Assembly: GCA_036785375.1 (NCBI GenBank)
Contig: JAWMAR010000471.1
Coordinates: forward strand, 1,116,001 to 1,180,000
Direction of reading: 5' to 3'
DNA from: Leucoraja ocellata
Lineage: Eukaryota
DNA length: 64,000 nt
The first letter of the stretch is position 1, and each line of letters begins with the position of its first letter. Positions 49,173 to 61,524 of this stretch are shown here, in pieces. Below the pieces are notes generated by a model. It ran no database searches and had not been told where the DNA came from. It saw only the letters and a program-made list of their open reading frames with translations. Both the position numbers and the translations under genes were made by a program.

Positions 49173-51326
49173 ATGCACGATATTCCGATCGAGGTAAAAA
49201 TAGGACTTGTGTATTATCCGATTCTGGCAGCAATCGGTATACCTGGTAGGTAATCGTCGGTTCATCTCATGTTTGAAGAGCGCAGAATATTAAAGGTTAA
49301 GAGGACATAGCGAGTAGCCCAGCGGGGGTTCGGGCGGCACGCTGGCGCGTCGCGAGAGTAACTGTCTTACAGCGCTTGGCTGTACGGAGTTTGTACGTTC
49401 TCCCCGTATCCTTTTGGGTTTTCCCCGAGATCTTCGGTTTGCTCCCACGCTCCATATAAGTAAAATAAATTGTACCTTGTGTGTGCCGGCTGTTGTGAGT
49501 GTGCGCGATCGGTGCGGATTAGGTGGGCCGGTGTTGTGTTTTCGCGCTGTATTCCTAAACTAAAATAAAGTAAGCGATATCCACCGCAGGAGCGATATGT
49601 GATGGATGCCGCTCATTCAAGCTGGCAGAAATGTAGCCCTCACGGCTTTTTTTACTAAAATCAATGCCCGTATTGATTTTACTACGTCGCCTGTCGATGT
49701 CCTCCAGAGATATTACTTGCGCCACTGAGATACACCACCATTGGCTCTTGTCAGGTGCAGTACACAGGCCCGCCCGCTGCTCGGCAGAAAATATCTGCCC
49801 GTTATGTTGTTAGCCGTGTTTGCGAAGGGGGTTTGTAATTATATTTGCTGCGCTTCACTGAATCCCTTTCCTTGGCCCCGTGTTGGGAGATGCATTCTCG
49901 AAGGCCCAATGGAAAACAGACCGCGTTAATCCAGGCCGCGATTGACTACATGCCCCGACTCAAAAGTTGCCCACTTCTCAGCAATAAAAAAAATTTAGAG
50001 ACACTGACTCACCGCTTGAAAATATTATATATTTTACATCAACATCAAACGGTTGGCATAATGTTGTGAAGATTAGTACAAAAGGAACTCCCACTAATCT
50101 TGGTAAACGGTATTTTATCCATTTGCAGATTAAATTCCTGATTTCTAAAATCGGATTGCCTCTTGTACCAATATTTTCAGCTTTATGTAATTATTTTCTA
50201 CATAAGGCAATCCCACTAATTTTGCTAATCAGGAATTTAATAATTTACTGAATGAACATCTTTCTGGCAAACGATTGACGGATGATTGACCCAAATACTG
50301 ATTCGTTAAATAAACAGTCTCTACCACTGGCGACACAGGTTTAAATGACTGCATCTGCTCCCACCCACCACACAATTAATCAGTTTCTGTTTTCATTCTT
50401 TCCCAGTGAATCTGATGGCGATTTTGATCCTGTCCCGTGGCAAGTGCGGCCTCTCCAAGTGCATCACTCGTTACATGGTAGCCATGGCGACCGCGGACCT
50501 CTCTGTGATTTTCTGTGAGGTGATATTTCAGCGGATTGCTGATATGTATTGGTGGCATGCCTCCTTGCCCTACACATCTGTGTGCAAAATAACAATCTAC
50601 CTGGCATCGGTCACGGTAAATTGTTCTGTGTGGTTCACGGTCGCTTTCACCTTTGATCGCTTTGTTGCGATTTCTACTCAGAACATGAAAACCAAATATT
50701 GCACCGAGAGAACCGCGACGATTGTTATCCTGACGGTGAGCCCGGTCATCTGCCTCAAAAATCTACCTTTGCCCTTTGCATACACTTCTTATCTCGGAAT
50801 GGGTGGAGAACTGGGCTGCCTCAAACTCGTAGATTTTTACGTTCATGCCGAATGGTTGGTGTTCTCCTGGGCCGAACAGTTGTTCACCCCGGTGATTCCA
50901 TTCTGCCTGATTTTGTTGTTTAACGCGCTCACTGTCAGACGTATTTTCGTGGCCAGCCGGGTCCGCAGGAACCTCCGGGACCTCAGCGGTGGGGAGATAA
51001 AGAAAGACCAGGAGATGGTGAACCGCAGACGGTCGGTCGTTTTACTTCTGGCAATCTCGAGCTCCTTCATCCTGCTCTGGGCCACAAGTGTCGCACATTT
51101 TATTGCGGTTCGAAGTTGGAAACTGTTTGTGTTCAAGGCATGGAAAAATCCCGCAGAAGAATTTGAAAAGGTTGGAAATATGCTTCAACTGCTGAGCTCC
51201 TGCACCAACACGGCCATTTACACCGTGACCCAGAGCAAGTTCAGAGAGGAGCTGTTCCGTGTGCTAACATATCCGATCATTTGCATTGGAAAAATATTTA
51301 AATCGGTAAAGTGTAAGTTAAAGTAA
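49173..51326 (+). CDS. Class A GPCR, GPR139/GPR142-like, copy 4; exon1 49173-49245, exon2 50407-51326; 330 aa
   Basis: Intact 7TM ORF; exon 1 MHDIPIEVKIGLVYYPILAAIGIP|G gtaggt; acceptor ttctttcccag|TGAATC; TATAAA at 49088-49093; about 11 aa differences from copy 2. Confidence 0.9.
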
Positions 51327-51704
51327 TATAACAAAAACGAGTGACCAGCTGGGCTTCATGCGTTGCTTTGCTGCAAGGTTTATGTGGAAATACCGCATTT
51401 AATGTGTGGACATTTTATGTCCATTCGCCCTGTCGGACACGCCCAGCTGCTTCGGAGGTTAATGGGCTCAATTGAGGCTCACCTCTTGTACGCATTCCCA
51501 TGTGCCCCGTTCAATCAACTTATGTGTTTTCACGAATATGTATACATATGCCTGGAACATATTGTTTTCAAAACGAGTGAAGATTTTCAGTTGAATAGGT
51601 GCATCGTGTTGTTTGATGATTTCCTTTCATCATTGAAAAAAACGTATCATTGCTCATTGACGAGGTTTTCGGTTTGAGGATAATCTGCTGTTTTAGCAGC
51701 GGAT

Positions 51705-52470
51705 ATAACCAAATAACCATATAACAATCACAGCACGGAAACAGGCCATCTCGACCCTTCTAGTCCGTGCCGAACACGTATTCACCCCTAGTCCCACATA
51801 CATGCGCTGAGACCATAACCCTCCATTCCTTTCCCGTCCATATAACTATCCAATTTATTTTTAAATGATAATAACGAACCTGCCTCCACCACCTTCAGTG
51901 GAAGCTTATTCCACACAGCCACCACTCTCTGAGTAAAGAAGTTCCCCCTCATGTTACCCCTAATCTTCAGTCTCTTAATTCTCAAGTCATGTCCCCTTGT
52001 TTGAATCTTCCCTACTCTCAATGGGAAAAGCTTATCCACGTCAACTCTGTATATCCCTCTCATCATTTTAAAGACCTCTATCATGTCTCCCCTTAACCTT
52101 CTGCGCTCCAAAGAATAAAGCCCTAACTTGTTCAACCTTTCTCTGTAACTTCGTTGCTGAAACCCAGGCAACATTCTAGTAAATCTCCACTGTACTCTCT
52201 CTATTCTGTTGACATCCTTCCTATAATTAGGCGACCAAAATTGTACACCATACTCCAGAATTGGCCTCACCAATGCCTTGTACAATGTTGACATTACATC
52301 CCAACGTCTATACTCAATGCTCTGATTTGTAAAGACCAGCACACCAAAAGCTTTCTTTACCACCCTATCTACATGAGATTCCATTTTCAGGGAACTGTAC
52401 ACAGTTATCCCCAGATACCTCTGTTCACCTGCATTCTTCAATTCCCTTGCCATTTACCATGTAAATTTAC
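51705..52470 (-). mobile_element. CR1 LINE 3' fragment (mirror of 22542-23305)
   Basis: ORF 51788-52453 is CR1 RT C-terminus. Confidence 0.9.
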
Positions 52471-54610
52471 CGGATGATGTAGATTGTGTAAAGTTTCATA
52501 CAGATACCGGGATTAAAATACCTTCTGTATTCGGAAAACTTCTACCGAAAGTAAAGCTATATGTGAGGAGTGCCAGAAATACAAAATCACGAGATGAATA
52601 TATCGGTTAGGTGCACAGAGTCGTTTGCCCAGTGAATCTACGACCAGAGAACATAGGATCAAGGAGAAGGGAAACATATTTAAGAGGATTCGGTGGGGAA
52701 ACATTTTCATACAAAGGGTGGTGGATGTACGGAACAAGCTGCGACAAGAGGTACTTGTGCCTGGGACTATCCCGTCGTTTATGCAACAGTTAGAAAGTTA
52801 CTTGGATAGGAGAGATTTGGAGGGATATGGACCAAGCGCATGCAAGTGGGACTGGTGTATCTGGGATATTGTTGGCCGGTGTGGGCGAGTTGGGCCGAAG
52901 GTCCTGATACCACACTGTATCACTCTGTGACTCCGTGACTCTGTGGCTCCCATGTACGGTAATAAATCAATTTCCACATTGGCCTTTACGTTCCCCAGTG
53001 GGCAAACATTTTAACACCTCTACCCATTCCCATATAAACCATTCTGTCGTTGTACTCCTCAACTGCTAGAGCGAGGACACGCACAAAATGGAGGAACAGC
53101 ATCTCGTAGGTCGCTTGACTCCCTTTCTCTCACCCTCTCCCCCAACATAGTCATCACGCTAGTTGTACTGATCGCATCTTTGTAGTTGTTTGTGACCACT
53201 TATTCCACAGCCAACAATGGGCCATTATGGGCTCCTTCATTTCCTAGTCACGTGTTGCCTCCCTTGCCTCGTTCTGGCCTACTCTTGCATCCAGTAGCCT
53301 CGCCCTACTTTCAGACGGAAGAAGGATCCTGACCAGAAACGTCATCTATCGTTTTCCTGTAGAGATACTGCCTGCTGTTCATTTGCACTCAAGAGGCGGC
53401 AAGCCGCATAATGTTCCCCTGATACTACAAAATTGGGGCTGGTTGGGGGTTAACTTTGTATCTACCTATTGCTCCTCTTCCCTCGCAAACTGTGAATAAT
53501 ATAAAATATTCTGTCAATTATGAATTAAAATGAAGATATCTTGTACTAAAATCAACCATTGCTCGTGCACTCTCGTTCACAAACCAACAGCTAATAAATG
53601 AAGTGATGATACACTCCTCCAGGTGTCCATATGTCAACTCTGCCAACATAATGGGGCTCACTGAACGGGAATCGAATCCGGACCTCTGGACCATGAGGGA
53701 AACTGTCTTATTTATTGTGCCTTAATCTACGTAACTCATTCTGGCCACGGGGGAGGCCCAGAACATAGTGAGTCCCACCGCAAATTGGAGGTGCGGCACC
53801 TCATATTTCGCTTGGGTAGTTTACACCCCAGCGGTATGAACATCGACTTCTCCAATTTCAGGTAGTCCTTGCTTTCTCCCTCCCTCCCCTCCCCTTCCCA
53901 GCTCCCCACAGCCCACTGTCTCCGCCTCTTCCATTCTTCTTCCCGCACCCCCACCCCCACATCAGTCTGCAGAAGGGTCTCGACCCGAAACGTCATCTTC
54001 TCTCCGTAGATCCACGGTCGCCAGGCCCCACGGGGTGGTGTCAATCTCTGCTCCGACGCTGAGAAGTTTCGAAACGACCATTCAAAAGTTTTTTTTGTCG
54101 GAGAAAGGGGGACAGAGGCAGCGAGAGTTCGAAGTCTGACCTAACGTTGGACTGCGGAAACTTTACTTTTTAAAGGATATCTCCATTCAGTGCGGGAATT
54201 CCAGCGTTTTTCTGGAGGGCAGCGAGAGCAGCAGTGGCTGGTGGATTGCCACTCGTACCTGGTGACCGGGAGTCGGAAAGTGGCGGTGTTTATATCGTTT
54301 CTAGCACTATAACCCTGCTCCCATACCGATGTGCCCAGAGCAGGTCGCCTGGGCTTAAAGGAAGCGAATGTACTATTCGAATCCGTCAGATACCGGAGGC
54401 TCGGAAGGCTTGAGAAACGTCTCCCAAGAGATGCTCTCGGCAGAGCAAATGGGCGTGGGGGCATTTACTTGCTCGGCTGGAGAGAAAAACGTCTGCGGAA
54501 TGACTCAAACATCGCTCTTGAGCTGATACTGCTGTTATCTGCGGTGCTGGTTTGTAGCCCTGTAAGGATAGCGGCGGCACGGTCTCGGGCTCGGACCCAC
54601 GCAGCTGCGT

Positions 54611-55735
54611 TTAGAAACATATAAACATAGAACATAGTAATTAGGTGCAGGAGTAGGCCATTCGGCCCTTCGAGCCTGCACTGCCATTCAATATGATCAT
54701 GGCTGACCATCCAACTCAGTATCCTGTACCTGCCTTCTCTCCATACCCCCTGATCCCTTTAGCCACAAGGGCCACATCCAACTCCCTCTTAAATGTAGCC
54801 AATGAAATGTGTGGCCTCAACTACCTTCTACGGGAGAGAATTCCAGAATTCACCACTCTCTGTGTGAAAAAAGCTTTCCCCATCTCGGTCTTAAAACTGA
54901 CCCCCTTATCCTTAAACTGTGACCCCTTGTTCTGGACTTCCCCAACATCGGGAACAATCTTCATGCATCTAGCCTGTCCAACCCCTTAAGAATTTTGTAA
55001 GTTTCTATAAGACCCCCCCCTCAATCTTCTAAATTCTAGCGAGTACAAACCGAGTCTATCCAGTCTTTCTTCATATGAAAGTCCTGACATCCCAGGAATC
55101 AGTCTGGTGAACCTTCTCTGTACTCCCTCTATGGCAAGAATGTCTTTCCTCAGATTAGGAGACCAAAACTGTACGCAATACTCCAGGTGTGGTCTCACCA
55201 AGACCCTGTACAACTGCAGTAGAACCTCCCTGTTCCTATACTCAAATCCTTTTGCTATGAATGCTAACATACCATTCGCCTTCTTCACTGCCTGCTGCAC
55301 CTGCATGCCTACCTTTAATGACTGGTGTACCATGACACCCAGGTCTCGTTGCATCTCCCACTTTCCTAATCGGCCACCATTCAGATAATAATCTAGTTTC
55401 CTGTTTTGCCACTAAAGTGGATAACCTCACATTTATCCACATTATACTGCATCTGCCATGCATTTGCCCACTCACCCAGCCTATCCAAGTCACCTTGCAG
55501 CCTCCTAGTTTCCTCCTCACAGCTAACACTGCCCCCCTGCTTCGTGTCATCCGCAAACTTGGAGATGTTGCATTCAATTCCCTCTTCCAAATCATTAATA
55601 TATATGTAAATAGCTGGGGTCCCAGAACTGAGCCTTGCGGTACCCCACTAGTCACTGCCTGCCATTGTGAAAAGGACCCGTTTACTCCTACTCTTTGCTT
55701 CCTGTCTGCCAACCAGTTATCTATCCACATCAATT
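54611..55735 (-). mobile_element. CR1 LINE insertion specific to the right arm
   Basis: [30 protein letters not shown] motifs; tail at ~54612-54640; no counterpart in the left arm. Confidence 0.9.
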
Positions 55736-55894
55736 CTGAACACCCAATACAATAGAAATAGGTCTGCATGATCTTTTCGAGAAGGATGAGATTGCCTCCT
55801 CCGAGGTTGCATGGGGGAAGTGTGAGATTATATTAAATTCACGGCAGGATGTGGCCCTAGTTCTGGAGAAGTGGCTCACAGTCTTTGTACCCGT

Positions 55895-56420
55895 GGAAGT
55901 CCAGTCAAGTTTATTCGTCACATACATATACGACATGTGCAATGCAATGAAAAGTGGCAATGCTCGCGGACTTTGTGCAAAAACAAACGAACAAACAAAT
56001 AACCAGACAAACTACAAACATAATCACATATTCTTTTACATATTAAATATTGTGGGCGGAAAGAAAAAGGGGGGGGGGGGGACAGCAATTTAAAAAAAAA
56101 AGCAGTAGAGTGGTACAGTTAATTTAGTCCCTGGTGAGATAGGAGTTTAAAGTCCTAGTGGCCTCGGGGAAGAAACTCCTTCTCAAGCTCCCCGTTCTCA
56201 CAGCATGGTAACGGAGGCGTTTGCATGAACGCAGCAGCTGGAACAGTCTGTTGCAGGGGTGGAAGGGGTCCCCCATGATCTGGCTCTGGAGTTGCACCTC
56301 CTGATGTATAGTTCCTGCCGAGGGACGAGTGAAGTTCCCATAGGGTGTTCGGCCGAACGCACCACTCTCTGCAGAGCCTTCTTGGCCTGGGCAGAGCAAT
56401 TCCCAAACCAGATTGTAATC
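55895..56420 (-). mobile_element. Rex-Babar-like LINE 3' end
   Basis: DPFHPCNRLFQLLRS.KRLR....RT..LRRSFFPEA.R.LN motif; caagtcaagtttatt-type tail. Confidence 0.65.
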
Positions 56421-57659
56421 AGATTGCAATCAAATTGAACCGTGGGTGTCCACCGTGAGACCGGTTATCCTGCGCTGTATTCCCACTTTCACCCGGGACG
56501 CATAAATAAACACCTCCAAGCAAGTCACCCGGAAGCTGATTTGTCCACGCCCACACCCCCAACCCACCTGAAGGGTGCAGGTTGGTCACAGTGAGGTCCA
56601 GGAGGCTCCGGGCGTGGTTCAGCAAGGAATGGGGGGGTTCAGAAGGCGGCAAGGGGGGGATCAGAAGGGAGCTGGGGAGGCTGAACAGGGAGATGAAAAA
56701 GAGAAAACTGGCAGTGTGGAGGCAGAGGACTACTCCTTTGTGGAGGTCACCCTACCGCCGCACTTCAGCGGGACACAGAGAAGGCGTGGGTCCTTTGAGG
56801 GAGAGCACGGCCCTGGGCTCAATGTCAGGAGGCAACTTTCCTCGAGACCTTCCACCGCTGTCGAGAGCGGTGACGTTCCGAGCGTGTTATCTCACCAGTT
56901 GCTGGGGTTAGCTCCCTTGGAAGCATGTCCCCTGGAATGGAGGACAAGCGGTGGCAACCTGAAGGGGGAATCTGTAGTGTAGGCGTTGTTTCCCAACCTG
57001 TGCTCCTCATTGGACCCACACGAGTAGCTGAGGGGTGTGCTGCCCCATCGACTGATGTAGTAGTGGAGACTGCAGAAACACTGACTCCTTCTGTGGGCCA
57101 AGGTTAGGTTACTCCCCTGGTGGCGGAGGCTGTAGTCTCTCAGGGTGATACTGTTGGAGCGGGTATCCTGGGTGCGGAAGGGGACGGGGCTGTCTCGGGT
57201 CGTGAACCTCAATCGGATTCCTGGGATGCCTGCGAACCGCGGGGCCGAGGGACGCCTCTAGTTTGTTCTTTCCCAGCCACAGTTGTAGGGGGTGGTGGGA
57301 ATGGGCAGGAGCCTGGCCATTCACTGGCCAGCTCATCGGTGTCAGAGGTATCGAGACCCTCACTCGACACTGATCCCGGGGGTGGGATCATGCTGGAGGT
57401 GGGGAAGCCCGATGTATCCAGCTTACGCATGGGAGCGAGCGAGCTAGCAGCCAGCTGGAGACCTCCGAACTCAGAGCTTGAGCGTAGTGAGGGGAGAAGA
57501 TGCTGGTTCATGTATCAGTGGGTTGGCAGAATGCCTGAATTCCAGTGTTGTGTATTTTGGGGCCGGTATCTGGCAGTTTCGGGAATTTCTGAAAGCAAAC
57601 AAGTGCAGTAGGAGCAAAGTCCAGACAGCTGGGCAACAGTGGCCGGACCTGCCGAAACT

Positions 57660-58447
57660 AATATAATCCTACGTCATTTCCGCCATCTCCAACGTGACAC
57701 CATCACTCGCCACATCTTCCCATCTCCCCCAATGTCTGCTTTCCGCAAAGGCCGCTCCCTCCGCAACTCCCTTGTCAATTCTTCCCCTCCCTCCCCTACC
57801 ACCCCCTCCCCGGGCACTTTCCGTTGCAACCGCAAGAAATGCAACACCTGTCCCTTTACCTCCCCCTTCGCCTCCATTCAAGGACCCAAGCAGTCGTTCC
57901 AGGTGCGACAGAGGTTCACCTGTAGCTCCTCCAACCTCATCTACTGCATCCGCTGCTCTAGATGTCAGCTGATTTACATCGGTGAGACTAAGCGGAGGTT
58001 GGGCGATCGTTTCGCCGAACACCTCCGCTCGGTCCGCAAGAACCTATCTGACCTCCCGGTGGCTCAGCACTTCAACTCCCCCTCCCATTCCCAATCCGAC
58101 CTCTCTGTCCTGGGTCTCCTCCATTGCCAGAGCGAGCAACACCGGAAATTGGAGGAACAGCACCTCATATTCCGCTTGGGGAGCCTGCATCCGGCGGGCA
58201 TGAATATTGAATTATCCCAATTGTGTTAGCCCTTGCTGTCTCCTCCCCTTCCTTAGCCCTCGAGCTGTCTTCTCCCATCCCCCAGCCCTCGGGCTCCTCC
58301 TCCACCCCTTTCCCTTCCTTCTCCCCGCCACCCCCTTTCAGTCTGAAGAAGGGGTTCGGCCCGAAACGTTACCTATCTCCTTCGCTCCATAGATGCTGCT
58401 GCACCCGCTGAGTTTCTCCAGCATGTTTGTGTACCTGCCGAAACTTA
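57660..58447 (+). mobile_element. Penelope-like element 3' part, GIY-YIG endonuclease, ~13-bp TSD acctgccgaaact
   Basis: NLIYCIRCSRCQLIYIGETKRRLGDRFAEH; duplicated flank at ~57647-57659 and ~58433-58445; empty site at ~35015-35030. Confidence 0.9.
58340..58372 (+). ncRNA. Minimal hammerhead-ribozyme-like motif in the Penelope terminal repeat
   Basis: gtCTGAAGA-a-ggg(gttcgg)ccc-GAAAC-GTT: CUGANGA core, short stem II, GAAA, palindromic ACGT stem III. Confidence 0.55.
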
Positions 58448-59009
58448 ACCGGGCACTTGATGCTATCCTTCGCAGTAAAGACAGTGGACTTCCCGAGTCT
58501 GAGACGCGTCAGTTTGGGGACCTTGCATGCTCCTAAGAGAGTGGAGCCCAACTCCTACGAGAGGGAAAATCCTTGGTGTGACTTCAACATGAAGATCGCA
58601 GTTGATAGCCTAACCATTAATGGCGGAAAGGGAGACCTTCACAGATGTCATCATCTGCCAGTCGTCAAAGAGGGGAAATATCAGTACGTTTTCTGCAAGA
58701 GGCGCATACTGTTGTCAGTGATGAAACCACCTGTCTCGTGGAATGGGAAGAGCCACCTGAGCACACATTCTAGTGGTGTGGCCTTCCTGTTGCCTTTGAC
58801 TTCCCAGCCAGATATCCCGAAGCTGCAGGAAATTACGCCAGGCCGTTTGTTCTATCTGGCCGTGAGCGTGGCTAACATGCCGTTACATTTCATTAACGTG
58901 TCCGCCATAAGCAGCGACACGGTGCAGGCGTGCCTACTTCAGGAGGTGGCAGCTCTGCTGAACACTTTATAATGCTGATGTTCTACCATTCTTCTACAAT
59001 TCATTTACC

Positions 59010-60420
59010 CTGCAGATGTACAGGATCGTGATGAGACCACACCTGGAGTATTGCAGACCACCAGGTCCAGGGTATTTATCATCCTTCAGAGGTACTGAAA
59101 TAAATTTTCATTAAGCGAGAAATAGTTTTGGGTTGGCCAATGGGACTAAAGAATGAGGATTCCCTGGGCCTGATGGTCTGCATCCCATGGTCCTTAGGGG
59201 GGTGGCTCTAGAAATAGTAGACGCATTGGTGATCATTGTCCAATGTTCAATAGATTGAGGATCAGTTCCTGTGGGTTTGAGGTTAGCTAATGTTATCCCA
59301 CTGTTCTAGAACGGAGCGATAAAGAAAATCTGGGATTACAGACCAGTTAGCCTGACTTCGGTGGTGGGAAAGATGCTGGAGTCAAGTATTAAAGAGGTAA
59401 TAATGGGGCATTTGGATAGCAATAAAAGGATTAGTCCAAGTCAACATGGATTTATGAAAGGGAAATCATGCTTGACTATTTTTTGAGGATGTAATAAGTA
59501 AAATGGAAGAAGGGGAGCCAGTGGATGCAGTGTATCTAGACTTTCAGAAAACCTTTGATAATGTCCCGCACGGGAGACTGGTAAGTACAATTAGAGCACA
59601 TGGTATTGGGGTTGGGGTAATGACATGGATAGAAAATTGGTTGGCAGACAGGAAGCAAAGAGTAGGAGTGAACGGGTCCTTTTCAGAATGGCAGGCAGTG
59701 GCTAGTGGAGTGCCGCAAGACTCGTTGTTGGGACTGCAACTGTTTACCATATAAATTCATGATTTGGAAGAGGGAATTAGGAACAACACTAGCACGTTTG
59801 CGGATGACACAAACCCAGGTGGCAGTGTGAACTGGGAAGAGGATGTTGGGAGGTTGCAGGGTGACCTGGACTGGTTGAGTGCGTCGGCAGATGCGTCGCA
59901 GATGCAGTATAATATGGATAAATGAGTGGGTCTCCACTTTGGCGGCAAAACGAAGGGGGCAGATTATTATCTCAATGGGGTTAGGTTAGGTAAGGGGGAG
60001 GTGCAGCGAGAGCTAGGAGTCCTTGTACACCAGTCGCTGAATGATGGCGTATAGGTGTAGCAGGCAGTGAAGAGAGGTAATGGAATTTTGTCCTTCATAA
60101 CAAGAAGATTTCAGTATAGGAGTAAAGAGGATCTTCTGCAGTTGTATAGGCTCTGATGAGACGACATCAGGAATATTGTGTACAGTTTTGACATCCTAAT
60201 TTGAGGAAGGACATCCTAGTGAAGCAGTGCAGCGTAGGCTCACGAGATTGATTCCTGGTATGGTGGGGAAAAAATGTTCCCATTGTTGGGCGAGTCCAGA
60301 ACCAGGGGCCACAGTTTTAGAATAAAGGGGAGGCCATTTAAGACTGAGGTGAGAAAAACCTTTTCACCCCGAGAGTTGTGAATTTGTGGATTCCCTGTCA
60401 CAGAGGGCAGTGGAGGGGCA
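59010..60420 (+). mobile_element. CR1 LINE ORF2 fragments
   Basis: CR1 RT motifs; continues beyond the outer breakpoint of the inverted duplication. Confidence 0.85.
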
Positions 60421-60444
60421 AATCACTGGATGGATTTGGTCCAC

Positions 60445-60690
60445 AGAGAGAGGAGGGAGAGAGAGACAAGGGAAGGAGAGAGACGGGAGAGAGGGGGGAG
60501 AGGAGGGGAAGAGATAGAGAAGAGTGGAGAGAGAGAGAAGAGCGGAGATAGATGAGGAGGGAGAGATGATGGGACTGAGAGCAGGAGAGAGAAGAGGGGA
60601 GAGAGCGGAGGAGATAGAAGGGAGAGAGAGGAGGGAGAGTGAGAGAGGGGGGGGGGGAGAGAAGAAGGGAGAGAGAAGGGGAGACGGGAG
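60445..60690. repeat. GA-rich low-complexity tract
   Basis: Direct inspection. Confidence 0.9.
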
Positions 60691-61524
60691 CGTCGGGTTC
60701 ATTTCCCCACACAAGCCATAGGTGACTGGGCAATCTGAACTCAAGCACCAAGTTGAAATCGGCCGAAGGTGCGCATCCCTCAGGGCAGCCCCCACTCTCC
60801 CACGGCCACCCACCGCGGGCTGTGGGTCGGGTGGAGCGGAGGTTTGGGACAATGTTCATGCCTTCACAGTGATGTGATGGACGCGTGGGTCTGGACCAAT
60901 CGCTGACAAGTCCCATCCCCGGCAACGTTATGGACGTTATTAGACTTTTCTGTTGAGCAGTTCGTTGGCGCGTAGGCGACGCCGTCTTTCGGGTAGGTGG
61001 CGTGTCGACAGAGCGGCCATTCGGTACGTTTGCTTTTAGGCGACGCAGCCTTCCGGTAAATTGGCTTTTAGTCGTCCCATCCTGTCGGTTAGTAGGCGTG
61101 TCGCCTTCGTAATCTTTAAGTATATTGTCGTTTTGACCTCATTTCCATTCGGTTCTTTGGCTTCGATTTCTTTTCTTCGGCCTCTCTTCCGTCGGCGCAA
61201 CGTCCGCACACGGGTCAAATCACAGTCCCTGGAGAAGTAGGTTGGGGACAAAAGCAAGCCTGCTTTATCAAAGAGACAGGAGGAAATGCTGTGTGCTCTG
61301 TTTCACATTCACTCTTTCGGTTTATTGGCGTTTCGGCCTCGTTTTCACTCGGTTCTTGGGCTTCGACGTCTTTGCCTCGGCTTCTAGTCTGTCGGCGCCA
61401 CGACCGGGTACTGATTTGATCAGCTGACTGTTTGATCGTAGTCTCTTACGGTTCAATCTTAATTACAGGCCGCCCCGTCGACAAGTTATCTGGTCACAAG
61501 GGAAGCCGCCCCGTGGTTTCATTA

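Larger units (their letters stand above)
42830..59910 (-). repeat. Right arm of large inverted segmental duplication (partner 17122-32299)
   Basis: Reverse-complement collinearity of GPCR, V relic, Penelope, CR1 and unique spacers; extra ~2 kb at ~54200-56500. Confidence 0.92.

Noticed and set aside
60364-60925. Long Ser/Pro/Leu-rich ORFs
   Set aside because: Artefacts of a GA-rich low-complexity tract.
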